A stretch of 64,000 bases of DNA, from contig NC_043007.1 of NCBI RefSeq assembly GCF_006345805.1, positions 4,278,001 through 4,342,000 on the forward strand. The letters are read 5' to 3'. The notes beneath the pieces are model-generated. The model ran no database searches, had not been told where the DNA came from, and was given only the letters and a program-made list of their open reading frames with translations. Below are positions 49,725 through 63,306 of this stretch, piece after piece (within the stretch, counting starts at the first letter, position 1; every line of letters starts with the position of its first letter). A program made the position numbers and the translations under genes. Source of the DNA: Octopus sinensis. Lineage: Eukaryota.

Positions 49725-49783
<59 letters not shown>

Positions 49784-51333
49784 AAGAGAGAGAGAGAAAG
49801 AGAGAGAGAGAGAAAGAGAGAGAGAGAGTCAGGCTAATATTAAAAATGAAACCATTACAATCAAATAAGATGGGAGATATACTAATGTTGTAGCTTTCTT
49901 GTCGGTTGTAGAAATCATTGTTCATTCATGTAATAATGCTGGAAAGTAAACAGCTTCTGAGGCATTTTGAGGGTGAGACTGAGTCAATTTCTGTTAAACC
50001 TGATAACTTGGGTGGGTTTTACTTTATTGGGCCCAGAAGAATGAAAAGTAAAGGGAATCTGCGTGAAATTTTACCTCAGCCAAAAGGACTGAAGCACCCC
50101 ATTGGAATTCAGAAAGGAATTGTTGTTGGTCCTGTGCTTAGCTTCATCAATTAATTCACCTATTATGTTTATTTATTAGTATTATTTTCATTTTGGTTAT
50201 TATTGTTATAAGTAGTAATAGTCATTGTCATAGCAGCAGCAGCAGCAACAGCAGTAGCAGTAGTAGTAGTAGTAGTAGTAATGTAAAATATAAAATAATG
50301 TAAAATATTTAAATAATTGGTTTAAAAAAGTCAACAAAATTTAATCATATTCAAAGAAAAATCAATGATGTTATAAACTGTTTGATGAGAAATCAAAGGT
50401 AATCAGTGGAATTGGATTGTAGAAAAAAGAGAAGGTGACGTAGAAGTGATGAGGTTGGGTAGGATGTGATGAAAGCCAAACTTTTTTTTCTTTGGAGAGT
50501 TCCTAGAAGAGTTCGATAAGTTCTTCCCTTTAGGTTTGAGCCTGAACTGGTTTGGATTGATGCGTAAACTATTTAGGCAAACACAATAATACTGTAGAGA
50601 GTAAACTGAGAATAGACTCAGCTGGCAGCAGAATTCCCTTCCCGGTTGTAATTCTTCATCATGCATGTTATTGGAAGCCTTTGAGAATGTCATGGGCATC
50701 AGCTAAAGTTAATGGAGATAATTAACTATTGATGGGTCCTGTTGAATATGAAGCAGAGCCAGGCAGGAAAGACAGACGTTTCATGACGGGTTCTGTTGGT
50801 TTCACTTTGAATTATAAAAGAAATTAACGACTATAAATGTTTCATAGTATTTAACTCTGTGCAGGCTAAAAGTACAGATGCGTCTACACTCCAACCACTG
50901 AAGCATTTCAATTATAGAAAGTATAAGGGTGTTATTAAACAGAGTCAAGTAAGAAGAAGACACCCGATTTTAAATAGAAAAATTATCATCATCATCATCA
51001 CCACCACCAACACCACCACCACCACCACCACCACCACTATCATCATCATCATCACCACCACCACCACCACCACCATCATCACCACCACCATCATCATCAT
51101 CATCATTGTGTCTACTTTTCCATGCTTGCATGAATCAGATGTACTTCATTGAGACAGTTTTCCTAGGGCCAAATGCTCTTCCTTATGGCAATCCTTGCCT
51201 TTTCTAAACAAGATAACATTTTTCTTTCGTCCTTCAAACAAGAACAGTACAATGGCTGAACAGGATTCCATGGAAGATTGCAATGCATGTGCATGCACAC
51301 ACACTTACACACATGCACACAACAAAAAAAAAT

Positions 51334-51364
<31 letters not shown>

Positions 51365-51375
<11 letters not shown>

Positions 51376-51660
51376 AAGTAATGTTCGTAGGTGGAAGATG
51401 CAGAGGATCCATAAAAACTTTAGAGACTCGAGAAATTGATTCCCTCAAATGCCCTGGTTACTCATTGGAAGTAATAGATAATTTCTGCCACCAGGGGACC
51501 AAATTAGCAGTAGGGGAGGATCACTCATGTGGTGCCATGTAAAAGCACCCACCACACTCTGTAAAGTCATCAGTATTAGGGAGGGCATCCAGCTGAGGAA
51601 ACTGCCAGATCAGACTGGAGCTTGGTGCAGCTCTCAAGCTTGCCAGCCCTGGTCAAACCC
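51365..51660 (+). mobile_element. Internally deleted RTE fragment joined to family C tail
   Basis: GGRCRGSIKTLETREIDSLKCPGYSLEVIDNFC parallels 9900-10020, then jumps to the tail. Confidence 0.7.
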
Positions 51661-52464
51661 TTCTGCGATTTTGCGTAGTCCTTTAACCAGGTGTCACCAC
51701 CACAACATTCTCTGTCATGGTCAATGTAACGGTCAAATGCTACACATTTTCCTTCCAAGCACTGCTGTTAACAGTGGAAGCGAGCTAGAACATTAAAGCT
51801 TGCACAGAAGAGTTCAAAGTCAATCTGTGCCAAGCAGCTTTACTCTGTGTGCTTTAGCTTTGTTACCATGACAGGCAGTCTGGATACTTATTGATCAGAT
51901 CTATATATATATATAATATATATATATAATATATATATATATATTATATATATATATATGTATATTCAACCAAGTCTTATTTCCATTTGTTAGTAGTGAT
52001 AGATTGGTTAATAGATTAAACCAGTCATCTTCATCATCATCATTATTTAACGTCCGTTGTCCATGCTGGCATGGGTTGGAGAGTTTGACTGAGGTCATCT
52101 TATAGCAGTTACTTCTTTACTGTGTCTCCACCGAATGTGTCAAGACAAAGTCGTCTTAGTGACAGACATTCCTCTACAAATCATTGACTTTACTTCTGGA
52201 AATGCAGTGTACAAGTTGTATGGTCTGTAAAAGGAAATAAATGAAATTCAAACCCAAACATGCTAACAAAGACTCAGCTAGCCTGCAATCCATTGTCACT
52301 GTATGCTTTTAGCAAGGAATTCATTTAAAAATTAAAAAAGCAGCACTACAAGACATTTAGGATGTCTCTTGGTCTGCTAGAAATAGCATCCAAATCCCTC
52401 TTAGCTCTCTATCTACCATCTTTTAAAATAGAAGAATACATTGGATGATGTATTTGGAGATAAA

Positions 52465-52874
52465 CTCTTTACTCTTTTACTCTTTTACTTGTTTCAGTCA
52501 TTTTGACTGCAGCCATGCTGGAGCACTGCCTCTAGTCGAGCAAATTGACCCCAGGACTTATTCTTTGTAAGCCTAGTACTTATTATATCGGGCCCTTTTG
52601 CCGAACCGCTAAGTTACGGGGGACATAAACACACCACCATCGGTTATCAAACGATTTTGCAGGGACAAACACAGACACACAAACACACACACATACATAT
52701 ACATATATATACAACAGGCTTCTTCCAGTTTCCGTCTATCAAATCCACTCACAAGGCTTTGGTCGGCCCAAGACTATAGTAGAAAACACTTGCTCAAGGT
52801 GCCATACAGTGGGAATGAACCAGGAACCATGTGGTTGGTAAGCAAGCTACTTACCACACAGCTACTCCTGCGCC
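52465..52874 (-). mobile_element. SINE family A, full length, inserted into a family D copy
   Basis: (ctctttta)n tail to gctactcctgcgcc head; family D halves flank it at 52370-52460 and 52890-52950. Confidence 0.9.
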
Positions 52875-53056
52875 TAATTGATAATACAAAATGGTCATGA
52901 CTAGAATGGTTTCAATCCTGGGTTTGCTCAAACAGAGCTGACCTGGGGCCAAAAAAACAACTTCAACAACAAATAGCATCTGTTATCTAACTGAATAAAT
53001 TATTGTATCATGACAGCATTACACAGATTACACAATTGACTGTTTTTTTTTAAAAC

Positions 53057-53218
53057 ACATATATGCAGAGATGCAGCAAGATGCGAGATGACTGGAGCAG
53101 CCACTTATGGATGCAGCTGTGAAGTGGTGCAGAATTTCTTGTTGCTTATCATGCATATTAATCAGCACATGAGCACTCATGTTAATTGAACCATTGCTGC
53201 ATCACGCTGCATATATGA
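53057..53218. mobile_element. Small MITE-like element
   Basis: catatatgcagagatgcagcaa ... ttgctgcatcacgctgcatatatg inverted termini. Confidence 0.55.
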
Positions 53219-53611
53219 AAATGCATTCACAAACATATATATATGCACATGTAGCCGTATTCATGTTTGTACGTGGGCTTGTATATGTGTGTGTGTATTT
53301 CACCTGACACATGCATTTGTTAGAGAAAATTGATTGTTCTAGCTTTCATAACCAGAGCTAATTTATAAACAAGTGATTAGGAATCGGATCAGAGTTGGGA
53401 AGTTCCTACCTTTCAGAGAATTTATTATCAGAGAAGACGAAATAGCAACAACCAAGAATTGAACCTTGGAGTAGGGAAACCAGGAACCTTATTACACAGG
53501 TTACAATATTCACCACGCATGCATGATTGCATACACACAGCAGTAAGATTGTATGAATATATTTGAATATGAAGATAACAGAATGGTTGGACAGGTAGAT
53601 GGAAACAGAGT

Positions 53612-53815
53612 GAGGTGAGCTGACAGAATTATTTACCTGGAAAAATGCTTAGCAGCACTTCTGGCATTTTATGTTCTGAGTTCCTATGCTGTTGTCAAGG
53701 TCAACTTTGCCATTTATCCTTTCAGAGTTAATAAAATAAGTATCTGTTGAGCACTGGAGTGAAATAATTGATTTCCCCCTCCCCTCCAAATTTCATGTTT
53801 CCTGCTAAAATTAGA
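53612..53815 (+). mobile_element. CORE-type SINE (family B), decayed
   Basis: gtcaactttgccatttatcctttcagagttaataaaataagta. Confidence 0.7.
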
Positions 53816-54407
53816 GCTAAGGATTATTTTCAATTTCAAAATATTCTGTAAAAGCATATTTCACTAGCAGATGCTGAGAGTTGGAGCCTGACTAGAGTAA
53901 TTTACACTGGTGCCATCAGCATACTTTAGGGGAATTTTTTCAGTAAATGAAAAAGGATCTAATGGACTGTTTAGTCCATTCTGAAGAGGTCACAGGATGT
54001 GTGATGAAAGATTTCAGACAAAGGACACTAAAATAGCAACAAGAATCTTATGAACTATATATTAAAAGATGTGACCTATCTCTCCTTCACTTTCTCTATA
54101 TATGCCAAAGTTTATGCGCAATGGTTGTCTAATAATCTAGTCTGGTGGATTATCTATTCATGTTATATGAATGATTATGAAAGATTTGCAACTGAAACAA
54201 TGCAAGCTTTCTATTAAGTATTAAGTAAATGGCCTAAAAGACCATTTACTTTCATTTGGATAATTCCTCTAGCTGTTTGCACTCTATGTAAGCACTCCTG
54301 TTTAACAGGGTTGTATAAATACCATTACGATGGGTTATCCTGCATGTCTCTGCATACAGACTTTACTGAGACCTCATGTTCTTTCCTTTATTGTTGATAA
54401 AGCTAAA

Positions 54408-54612
54408 GATGGCAGGCTGGCAGAACTGTTAGCATGCTGGACAAAATGCTCAGCAGCATTTGTTCATTTTGTTCATTTTTATGTTCTGAGTTCAAATCCC
54501 ACCAAGATTGACTTTGCCTTTCATCTTTCCGGCGTCAGTAAAATAAGTACCAGTTGAACACTGGGGTCCCCTTCCCCCACAATTTCAGGCCTTGTGCCTA
54601 GAGTAGAAAGGA
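54408..54612 (+). mobile_element. CORE-type SINE (family B)
   Basis: gagttcaaatcccaccaagattgactttgcctttcatc...aaataagtaccag. Confidence 0.8.
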
Positions 54613-54714
54613 TTGTTAATAAAGTTATTATAATCTCTATTGACGCCTCTATCTATTTACATCATGAATAGGGATTTTAGGAATAGTTCTCCCTACATGG
54701 GCCATGAGATCAAT

Positions 54715-54895
54715 CATCATCATCATCATCATCGTTTAATGTCCGCTTTCCATGCTAGCGTGGGTTGGACGATTTGACTGAGGTCTGGCGAACCAGATGG
54801 CTGCACCAGGCTCCAATCTGATCTGGCAGAGTTTCTACAGCTGGATGCCCTTCCTAATTCCAACCACTCTGAGAGTGTAGTGAGTGCTTTTATGC
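54715..54895 (-). mobile_element. Family C (RTE tail)
   Basis: (cat)n cgtttaatgtccgctttccatgctagc...cagctggatgcccttcctaa. Confidence 0.85.
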
Positions 54896-55079
54896 TTTTT
54901 AATTCAGTCTACTCAACAAAGCCAAATGTGTTTGCCCCACTCCTGCAACAGAGGTTCACTTCATGTTTGTTGGTGTTGTCGTTTGACCCCAGATTATTTC
55001 TTGTTGACCAAGCATTCAAGCTGGCCCAAACATCCTGTTTTGTTGGAGGTTTTTTTTCTTTGCTTTTACTGTTTTGTAG

Positions 55080-55154
55080 ATCTGTGGGGATTTCATTGTG
55101 CAGTGTGTCCTTTCCTCGTTGTTGGGTGTAATTTGAGGCTCGTAGTTCCTGCAG
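55080..55154 (+). CDS. Weak candidate internal exon (75 nt, phase 1-1) (D)LWGFHCAVCPFLVVGCNLRLVVPA
   Basis: Strong acceptor ttttttttctttgcttttactgttttgtag|, donor gcag|gttgtg; frame open; no recognisable domain. Confidence 0.2.
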
Positions 55155-55234
55155 GTTGTGTGGCCCCTGTTAACCCAACACTTGGAAAGTTACTGGGATT
55201 AGCAATATCTAAAATCTCTCTCTCTCACTTACTA

Positions 55235-55800
55235 GCACACACAAACAAGTATGCAACAGACACACACATACTATCATACACAAACAAGCATGCAACAGAC
55301 GCACACACATGCACACACACACACACTAGCACACACAAACAAGCACTCACTAGATACACACACACATACTAGCACACACAAACAAGCATGCAGCAGACAC
55401 ACACACAGACATACACAAATGAACACACACAGGCACACACACAAGTACACACATGCACATACACACACAAACACACATTCACACACACACAAACACAAAC
55501 AAATACACACAGACATGCACACACAAGCACACATACAATCACACATACACACAATCACACATACACACAAGTACACACACATACACAAGCACACACATAC
55601 ACACACATGCACACACACAGGTACACACACAATCAAGCACATACACATACACAGTCACACACAAATAAGCGCACACACTCAAACACACACACACATACAT
55701 ACACAATAATACACAAACAAGCACACACACACACACATTCACACACATACATACACTAACAAGCACACACCCTCACACTCACACATACATACACACATAC
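55235..55800. repeat. Degenerate (CA)-rich low-complexity tract
   Basis: Interrupted CA repeats; source of HTHT/CVCV ORFs. Confidence 0.9.
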
Positions 55801-56409
55801 ACAAAGACATTGGCACTGCCAAAGTTTGAAATAAATTACACCGGTTTATTATTCCTCTTTTATAAATAGATTGCTCTCCAAGTCTCAGCTCCTTTCCTAA
55901 TATAAAAAGATGTGTGTGATAAAACACTGAAGCTTTGATTATTCCGTTTCTTTTTCTCAAAAATGCATTTTTAGTTAATCGTATGATAATGGGTTATAAA
56001 TTTATGCAAGCTATTCTTACTGTTGGCTTCTGTACAGCTTCTAAATAATTAACCATGACAGAAATATTAAATCTCATTATTCAGACCCTATTTTGAGCAG
56101 TGATTGTTGGCCATATTTGACTTCCAGGAATTTATACTTCACTTTAATCTTGTGTGTCAATGTGTCAATTAATAGCGAAGAAATAAATTAGCAATGATTT
56201 CACAAAAGTTCGTTTTAAAAGACAAAACATTGTGTGATGTCAGTAAGCCCAAGCAAACCAAGCTAAGAATGCAGTGCCCCAGCATGGCCACAGCTCGTGA
56301 GCTGAAACTAGATTTTAAAAAAAAATGCTTCTGGGTAAGAGCTAGAATTTGTTCAACAGTGTAATGAAGTGAGGAAGTAAATGGTTAAAAACCAGTGCTC
56401 TATCCTCTT

Positions 56410-56605
56410 ATTCTTTTACTTGTTTTGGTTATTTGACTGTGGCCATGCTGGAGCACCACATTTAGTCAAACAAATTAACCCCAGGATTTATTCTTTGTAA
56501 GCCTAGTACTTATTCTTTTGTTGTCTTTTGCTGAACTGTTAAGTTACGGGGACGTAAACACACCAACATCGGTTGTCAAACAATAGTCGGGGGACAGACA
56601 CACCA
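56410..56605 (-). mobile_element. SINE family A, 3' half
   Basis: tttgactgtggccatgctggagcacc...gtaagcctagtacttattct. Confidence 0.82.
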
Positions 56606-58140
56606 ATATATACATCATACTGCATAGTTATGCTGTAAACTAAGTCACACACACACACACGTGTGTGTGTGTGTGTGTAGGCAATGGATGACAGATTTGG
56701 TGCAAAAAAACAAAAACTGTGATGTTTGGTTTTAACCTTTTACATTCTGTTTACCGCCCCACCCCACCCCTTTATTCCTAGTTGGATTTTGCTTTTCTTT
56801 CTGCCGAGGCCAAGGAAATAAGAACCAGACAAAGAACTGGAGTCAGTGTAGTTGTCTGTAGTTTTTGGAGCCACTGCCTCAGTGTGACCAAACTTCAATT
56901 ACCAAAACCAGCATAGTGTTTGCAAGTATAATTTAAATGTAGAATAGTTTTGGTACAACGTAAAGTATACTAGCCATCTTAATATGGCTAACCACTAGGG
57001 GTGGGGGTTGTTACTGTAGCTTTTAAGCCCCAGGAGATCATCGTCTCCAGCTGGCTTTAGACACAATCCTGTGCCCTTTAATGATATTCGCAAAGGGAGG
57101 TCATCCCCTCTCGAAAACCTAAGTGATACGCATGGACTGCAGTTTTGAGATTATTGTCTCTTGTCAACACACGCTAATCATGGGTTTTCGATAAGAGAGA
57201 CCTGTACAGTTTTGGTACATTTGTGAAGATAGTATAGTGAAGATGAAGGCAACAGAAATAGAAACAAAAATTATATTGTACATAGATTTTGAACTTATAC
57301 AGAAATAAAATGATGTAGAAAAATACAAAGAAACTATAATAAACTGTCCTACACATTCATTATCCTCTCTCATAAAAAAAAAGCTTTGTTATTATAAATT
57401 GTTATTACAAAAAAATGTTATAATACAATAAATAAATTGAATTCTATATTTTTAAAATGTATAAAAAGTGATATAATAAAATGTCAATGAATTTAATACA
57501 AAAAGAGCTTTTCTGTGCAATTCACTTGATAACTTATTTCAGTTAAGAATGTTTTCAACTATATATACATGAAGTCACAGTTTCCTAGCCAGAGCTACTG
57601 TAACTTAAAGTTAGTGCTAATACATTTAATGCAGTTTGCAGCAAAAAGGCAACTAGAAAAAATTCTGTGGTAAGGAAGAAACAATTTTTCAGCAAATTAT
57701 TTCTATAGTTCTTTTCTAAAAGACAACTTTGGATGTGTTTCAGTTTTCTTAAACCACTCAGTGAAGCACAGGCTTCATCATACTTGTAAATGTACAATCG
57801 TGTACACCGGTTAGCCTAGAAAACTAGAAATGTATTAGGAAAATATGTTATTCTTTAATGCCATCATCTTTAAAAAAAAAAAGAAAAGAATAGCTGTCTG
57901 TAGTTTGGTTTTAGAAGTAGATTGTGTCCCTATATGTTTTGTTGTGACCAAAAGGGCAGGCAACAGAAAGGGTATCCACTGCCTCAGAGAACCTGCCCAG
58001 CCCATGCCAGCCCAGCATAGAAAAGCAGATGTGAAATGATGTTGATGATTCTAATAAAAAGAACAATAGTTAATGGTAGCATCAAATGATGCGAGGACCA
58101 TCAAAGAGCTAACGTTGCATGGGCACAAGTTTACAATTGA

Positions 58141-58363
58141 CCCCTTTGGCATTCCGGTTACTCTGTCAAATGTAATCCTTATTTATTCACATTGTTTTCA
58201 ATTAATCATACATTTATTTCACAACTTTGAGATTTTGATGGTGCGATTTGTTTATTTTCAAAATGACACTGCAGGGTAGGCATGACAGGCCAGATCAGGC
58301 CAGTTTGAGCACAAAACATGTAGAAAATTTGGGCCAGATATAGTTGATGTAAATGGTAATGGG
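58141..58363. mobile_element. piggyBac-like MITE
   Basis: ttga|cccctttggcatt ... aatggtaatggg|ttaa: CCC/GGG termini in a (decayed) TTAA duplication. Confidence 0.65.
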
Positions 58364-58994
58364 TTAAAAGCAGGGTATCCAGTAAGGGAGCAGCAAAAGG
58401 AGGATATGTACCTGTACACAACCCCATACAGTTCACATGTTATTAAAACCTTTTATCATGATATTCTATAACAGTGTATTTAATGAAATTCTATAATCTT
58501 ATATGTACAGTTAATTAATACTGTGTAATTAGAGAAACAAATTTAATATTACTTAACGACATTTGTGAACTTAAATTATCCAAAATTAGTCTTTGATGAA
58601 TTTTGTTTTATTCTATCAAATCTGTCACTTTTTCTATCCTTTCTTTTCCAATTGGGGTCGTCATGTATCACCTCCACAGCAAGACACCTGTCTTGACCCT
58701 TCTCTTATACTTTAGCCTCTCATCTGCTGGCACAAAGCCACCTCCCTCAATACAACTTTCTCTCCCAGTCAAGGGATCTTTGTCTTGCAAGTTACTTGGT
58801 GACCCCTTTGGTGCTGTTGCCACTTAAAAAACACCCACTACACTCTGTAAAACGGTTGGTGTTAGGAAGGGCATCCATCAGCAGAAACCATGCCAAAGCA
58901 GACAAAAGGGTTTGGCACAGTTTTCTGGCTCACCAGCTCCTGCCAAACTGTCCAACCCATGCCAGCATGGAAAACATGTTAGATAATGATGATA

Positions 58995-59850
58995 CAGGAA
59001 GTGTGTTTAAAAAATATCCGACTTTATATTTTCCAACCAAAACTAAAGCTGCATGGGAAAATTCCTTTAGGTGGGAGATGACACTGCCCTTCCTGTGCAT
59101 GTGGGAAAACTTTCACACTGTTTGGCTGCATCAGTTCCAAGTTGTTTATGCCTAAAGCACAGACATGTAGTGCTTGCTCAGCAGATTTTCATTTTCACTG
59201 AATGCATTGAGCTGAGACATTGCTTTGAGTTTTGCCTAAAGCATGGTGATTCTCAGGCTCAAACCATCCAGAAGACTGAGCAGGCATTTGGTGATGGTGC
59301 CATGGGTAAAACTCAGATCAAGGAGTGGTACAACCACTTCAAACATGCCTGCACCTCAGTGGAGACAGAGCAAAGCATGCTCAGGCAGGCCATTTGCAAG
59401 ATGAAACAAGGAGCTGATTGAGACCATTGTGTAACAATCCAGGAAATCGTTCATGGAGTGGGATTAAGTTGCAGATCAGTGAATTCCATTTTAATAGAGG
59501 TTTGTGCCTGTGGAGAGTGTCAGTGGAATTCATCATCAAACAGCAGAAGGAACTCCACAGGAAAATCACTCAGGATATGCCAGACTTTGCAAGCCATGGT
59601 CCAGGCTTTATGAAAACCATCATAAAGCCTGGTGATGAAACATGGGTTTATGGTCCCTGCTTGATGATGTGTTCGGCCATCTTGCATGAAAATGAATATC
59701 TAACAAGCATGCACTACATGTCTGTAGTTTAGGTGTAACAGCTGTGAGCTGGCAATGGCCTAATGGCATGAATATTTTCATGGATGAATAGAAAAGGTGG
59801 CATCACTTCCTGCATGACATTGGCTTTGGCAGGAAAAAATAAAGTTGATA
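58995..59850 (+). mobile_element. mariner deletion derivative with long inverted ends
   Basis: Peptides LRHCFEFCLKHGDSQAQT..QAFGDGAMGKTQIKEWYNHFK (HTH) and FMKTIIKPGDETWVYG (first catalytic D); 59685-59850 is an inverted copy of ~59025-59200. Confidence 0.88.
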
Positions 59851-60139
59851 CACATAAATATGTCTGTGCATAAGTTTGTCTGGTTTAACAAATGAGAAAG
59901 AGTACTTGATACATGTTGCAGTGAATGAGATTGGTGATCTGTTCCATCACTACTCAAGAGATTCATTTTTGTTGCCCAAATGATTGCATTGGAACCCAAG
60001 TCTCTGAGTGGCAACAGTGAATCCTCCACTCTGTGCAAGTATGTGTGCTTGTATATATTCATATATAATTGTATGAAGAAGGCTCATAAGCGAAAGAAGA
60101 GAAAAAGGGCACATTTATTATAAAGCAATGGAGAGGGTA

Positions 60140-60352
60140 TATTCTTTTCTACTCTAGACACAATTCTTTTTGGGGAGGGGGCGGCCAGTCGATTAGATTG
60201 ACCCCAGTATGCAACTGGTACTTAAGTTATCGACCTTGGAAAGATGAAAGGCAAAGTCGACCTTGGTGGAATTTGAACTCAGAATGTAAAGACAGATGAA
60301 ATACTGCTAAGCATTTTGCCCAGTGTACTAATGTTTCTGCCAGCTTGCCGCC
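60140..60352 (-). mobile_element. CORE-type SINE (family B), full length
   Basis: Reverse complement of the 47236-47450 element. Confidence 0.88.
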
Positions 60353-61331
60353 TTGTAGAGAGGGTGTATTATCAATACAATATTGTAAATTAAACACCAT
60401 TTGCTGCCAAAATGTTGCTGAATGGTTTCATATGAAATTAGCCTTTCGTAAATGGAAAGAATAATTAAATAATATATAGCCTAGGCTCTTTTGCACTAAA
60501 GGTGCAAATGAAAACATCTGATCAAAGAATCAAAAGACTCTTAATTGCAATCATTAATGTGTTAATAATAAATATATGAATGTGTGTGACATTCTGTTGA
60601 CATTTTCTTGTTAATCAGTTAATAAATTGGCCTGTACTTCTGTGCATTTGAACATAAGTGGAATAAATATAAACATCTTACTTTACTTGAAAAGAAATAA
60701 GGTTTAGTGGCATGTGGGGCATCCAACTGCAAAATAATATCTCAATGATAGTTATTTGTCTGACCAATGCTAGCATACAAAAACAGACCTACAATGAATG
60801 ACTGAATGAACAAGTGGGTATGTGTCATCATCATCATCATTGTTTAACGTCCGCTTTCCATGCTAGCATGGGTTGGACAATTTTGACTGAGGGCTGGTGA
60901 ACCAGATGGCTGCACCAGGTTCCAATTTTGATCTGGCAGAGTTTCTATAGCTGGATGCCCTTCCTGTGTGTGTAAATACATATGTGGCAGATGCTTGGCA
61001 AGTACATTTCTAGGCAAAGTGTTATCATAGTTTTCACTAATGTAGACATTGGAATTCTTTCTTGTTATTTTCTCCAGAATCACAGAAAGATTTGCATCAA
61101 TGCCGAATGGGCTAGAAATAATTTGCAAAGTATTTTATATACCAATTTTAAGCTGTTTCTTCTCCATTTTTTCTGACTTACACCAAAACTGAATTCCTTG
61201 AACTTTTTGTATTTTACTCAATTTTAGTGGGTCAGGTATCTTGGTCATAGATCTTCCACCTGCTGTTGATGAGATACAAATTATGAATGCTTGGTTAATA
61301 TCATATAATAATATAATAATATATATAATAA

Positions 61332-62198
61332 TCTACTACATATGTGGAAAATCGGTGTGTGATTGTTTGTTTGTTTGTGGTGTTGTTAGCTAACTCCTCC
61401 TACATTGTTTTATTGATTTTGATGAAACTTGACACGTGAGTAGAACTTATGTCTGGAAACCTCGTGACATACATAGATTGTTGAAAAAAATCAATACTAG
61501 GGCCCTTCCAATGGATCTGTCTATCTATTACATATTACTAATATTTTATTTAAACAATCCAAGGGAAATAACCCATACCACCTGCAGATTTTAGTGAAAT
61601 GATCAATATTTGATTCTCATGATCAGCTGACCTAATTCTGCATTTCGCTTCTCACAGTTTTGAACTGCTAAACATTATTATTGCACTTCCTTAATTTGAA
61701 TCTTAAACCTTAAAGACTTCATTCATACATTTCTATACATACTTACTTTTTTGAATGCCCATCACTATGATAATTCTGCATTTTTCCAGCTACACTTTTT
61801 CCATGACAGTAGATAAATTTTTTATTCCACAACGTATTTATAGTGGCTTCATGGAGGCATAGCAGGGATTTGATCCTTGATTGCCAAATTTCACTCAACA
61901 CTTCAACAGCGTTTTTCTCACGGTAAAACAATAGTTTTTCTGTGAATAACAGCAGTTATACATTTCCCAGATGCCTTCGCTAAGCAGAATAATGTCTTAG
62001 CCTATCGTCAACCTCCAAAAACCTCTCTCGCTAACCTCCAACAATGTCTCCCACCTCCAGCCGACAGTTTTTGTACTTTTTCGTGATGGAAAATACACCT
62101 TTTATGGCAGTTATAAGGAAATTGCTTTCTTATATAGAGTAATAAGGTATTTTAATAGCACATCTTTGCCCCTGGGAATTACCGGGTACACCAGCTAG
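61332..62198 (+). mobile_element. Non-autonomous Helitron
   Basis: A|TC 5' end followed by (gttt)n and gattttgatgaaacttg; 3' GC-rich imperfect hairpin ccctgggaattaccggg shortly before CTAG|T. Confidence 0.7.
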
Positions 62199-62379
62199 TA
62201 ATATAATATAATAATATATGATGGACTCTCCTGTCCAAGACAAAGTATGAATGTTCAGTTTTTTGCCAAATGGCCTGCACAAAAGATTCGTTTATAATGA
62301 TGAAATGTCTGAGCTGTACATTATCTCCCTCTCTCTCTCCTTCAAATCGATGTTGCCTGAACTGGTGTCTAGTGTAGCA

Positions 62380-62520
62380 TGCATTAAGTATCAAAGTGAT
62401 TGCAGAGCAATGTGAGATGAAGTGTTTTGCTCAAGGACAAAATGCACCACTTGATCTAGGAATTGAAACCACAATCTTGCAATCAAGAGTGCATCACACT
62501 AACCACTAGGCCATGCATCC
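62380..62520 (-). mobile_element. Another tRNA-headed SINE head (related copy at ~39488-39590)
   Basis: Minus strand gcatggcctagtggttagtgtg...gtggtttcaattcctag...ttgagcaaaacacttc. Confidence 0.6.
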
Positions 62521-62744
62521 ATGATAATATAATAATAAATATTATTATCATATATAATAATGTATACTATCACCATATAATAATATGATATATTTTTTTC
62601 TCATTCTGGCACAAGGATGGCAAGTTTTGATGGGAGGGGAAGTTGACTATGTTGACCCCCCTCCCCCAGTGATCAAGTGGTACTTGTCTTATTGATACTT
62701 AAGGGAGGAAAGGAAAATTAAGGATGAAAGGATTAAGGGATGAA

Positions 62745-62900
62745 GGAAGGGCATCCAGCTGTAGAAAACCATGCCTAATCAGACTGGAGTTTGGTGCAGC
62801 CTTCCAGTGTGCCAGCCCAGTCAAACCGCCCAACCCATGCCAGCATGGACAACGGACGTTAAATGATGGGAATGGTGATGATGATGATGATGATGATGAT
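62745..62900 (+). mobile_element. Family C (RTE tail)
   Basis: ggaagggcatccagctgtagaaaacc...ggacgttaaa(tga)n. Confidence 0.85.
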
Positions 62901-62913
62901 ATAATATTATATT

Positions 62914-63128
62914 GAGGCAGCAAGCTGGCAGAATCGTTTGCACACTGGACAAAAGGCTTAGTGGCATTTCAATCGTCTTTACATTCTGAGTTCAAATTCT
63001 GCCAAGGCCGACTTAGCCTTTCATCCTTTCAGGCTCGATAAAATAAGTACCGGTCAAGCAATGGGGTTGATGTAATCAACTGACCCCTTCCACCAGAATT
63101 GCGGGCCTTGCGCTTATAGTAAAAAGGA
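62914..63128 (+). mobile_element. CORE-type SINE (family B), full length
   Basis: ggcagcaagctggcagaatcg...gccgacttagcctttcatcctttc...gataaaataagtacc. Confidence 0.85.
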
Positions 63129-63245
63129 ATGTATAATGTTATATTGACTCAGTCATTCTCTCTCTCCTCCCCTACCTTTCTCCTTCTCCCTCTTTTTCTC
63201 CTCTTCTCTCCCTTTTCTCTTTCTCTCTTGCTTCCACCTCCCCAG

Positions 63246-63306
63246 CAGTCAACAGCTGATGAAAGTGTCCCAGAGAAGCTGGAGCTGTTAGCATGTTCTC
63301 TAATGC

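Noticed and set aside
53417-53500. Possible exon RIYYQRRRNSNNQELNLGVGKPGTLLH after cctacctttcag
   Set aside because: Short pyrimidine tract, weak donor and a phase incompatible with the other candidates.
56646-56678. (CA)n-(TG)n palindrome
   Set aside because: A simple junction of complementary microsatellites, common in such genomes.
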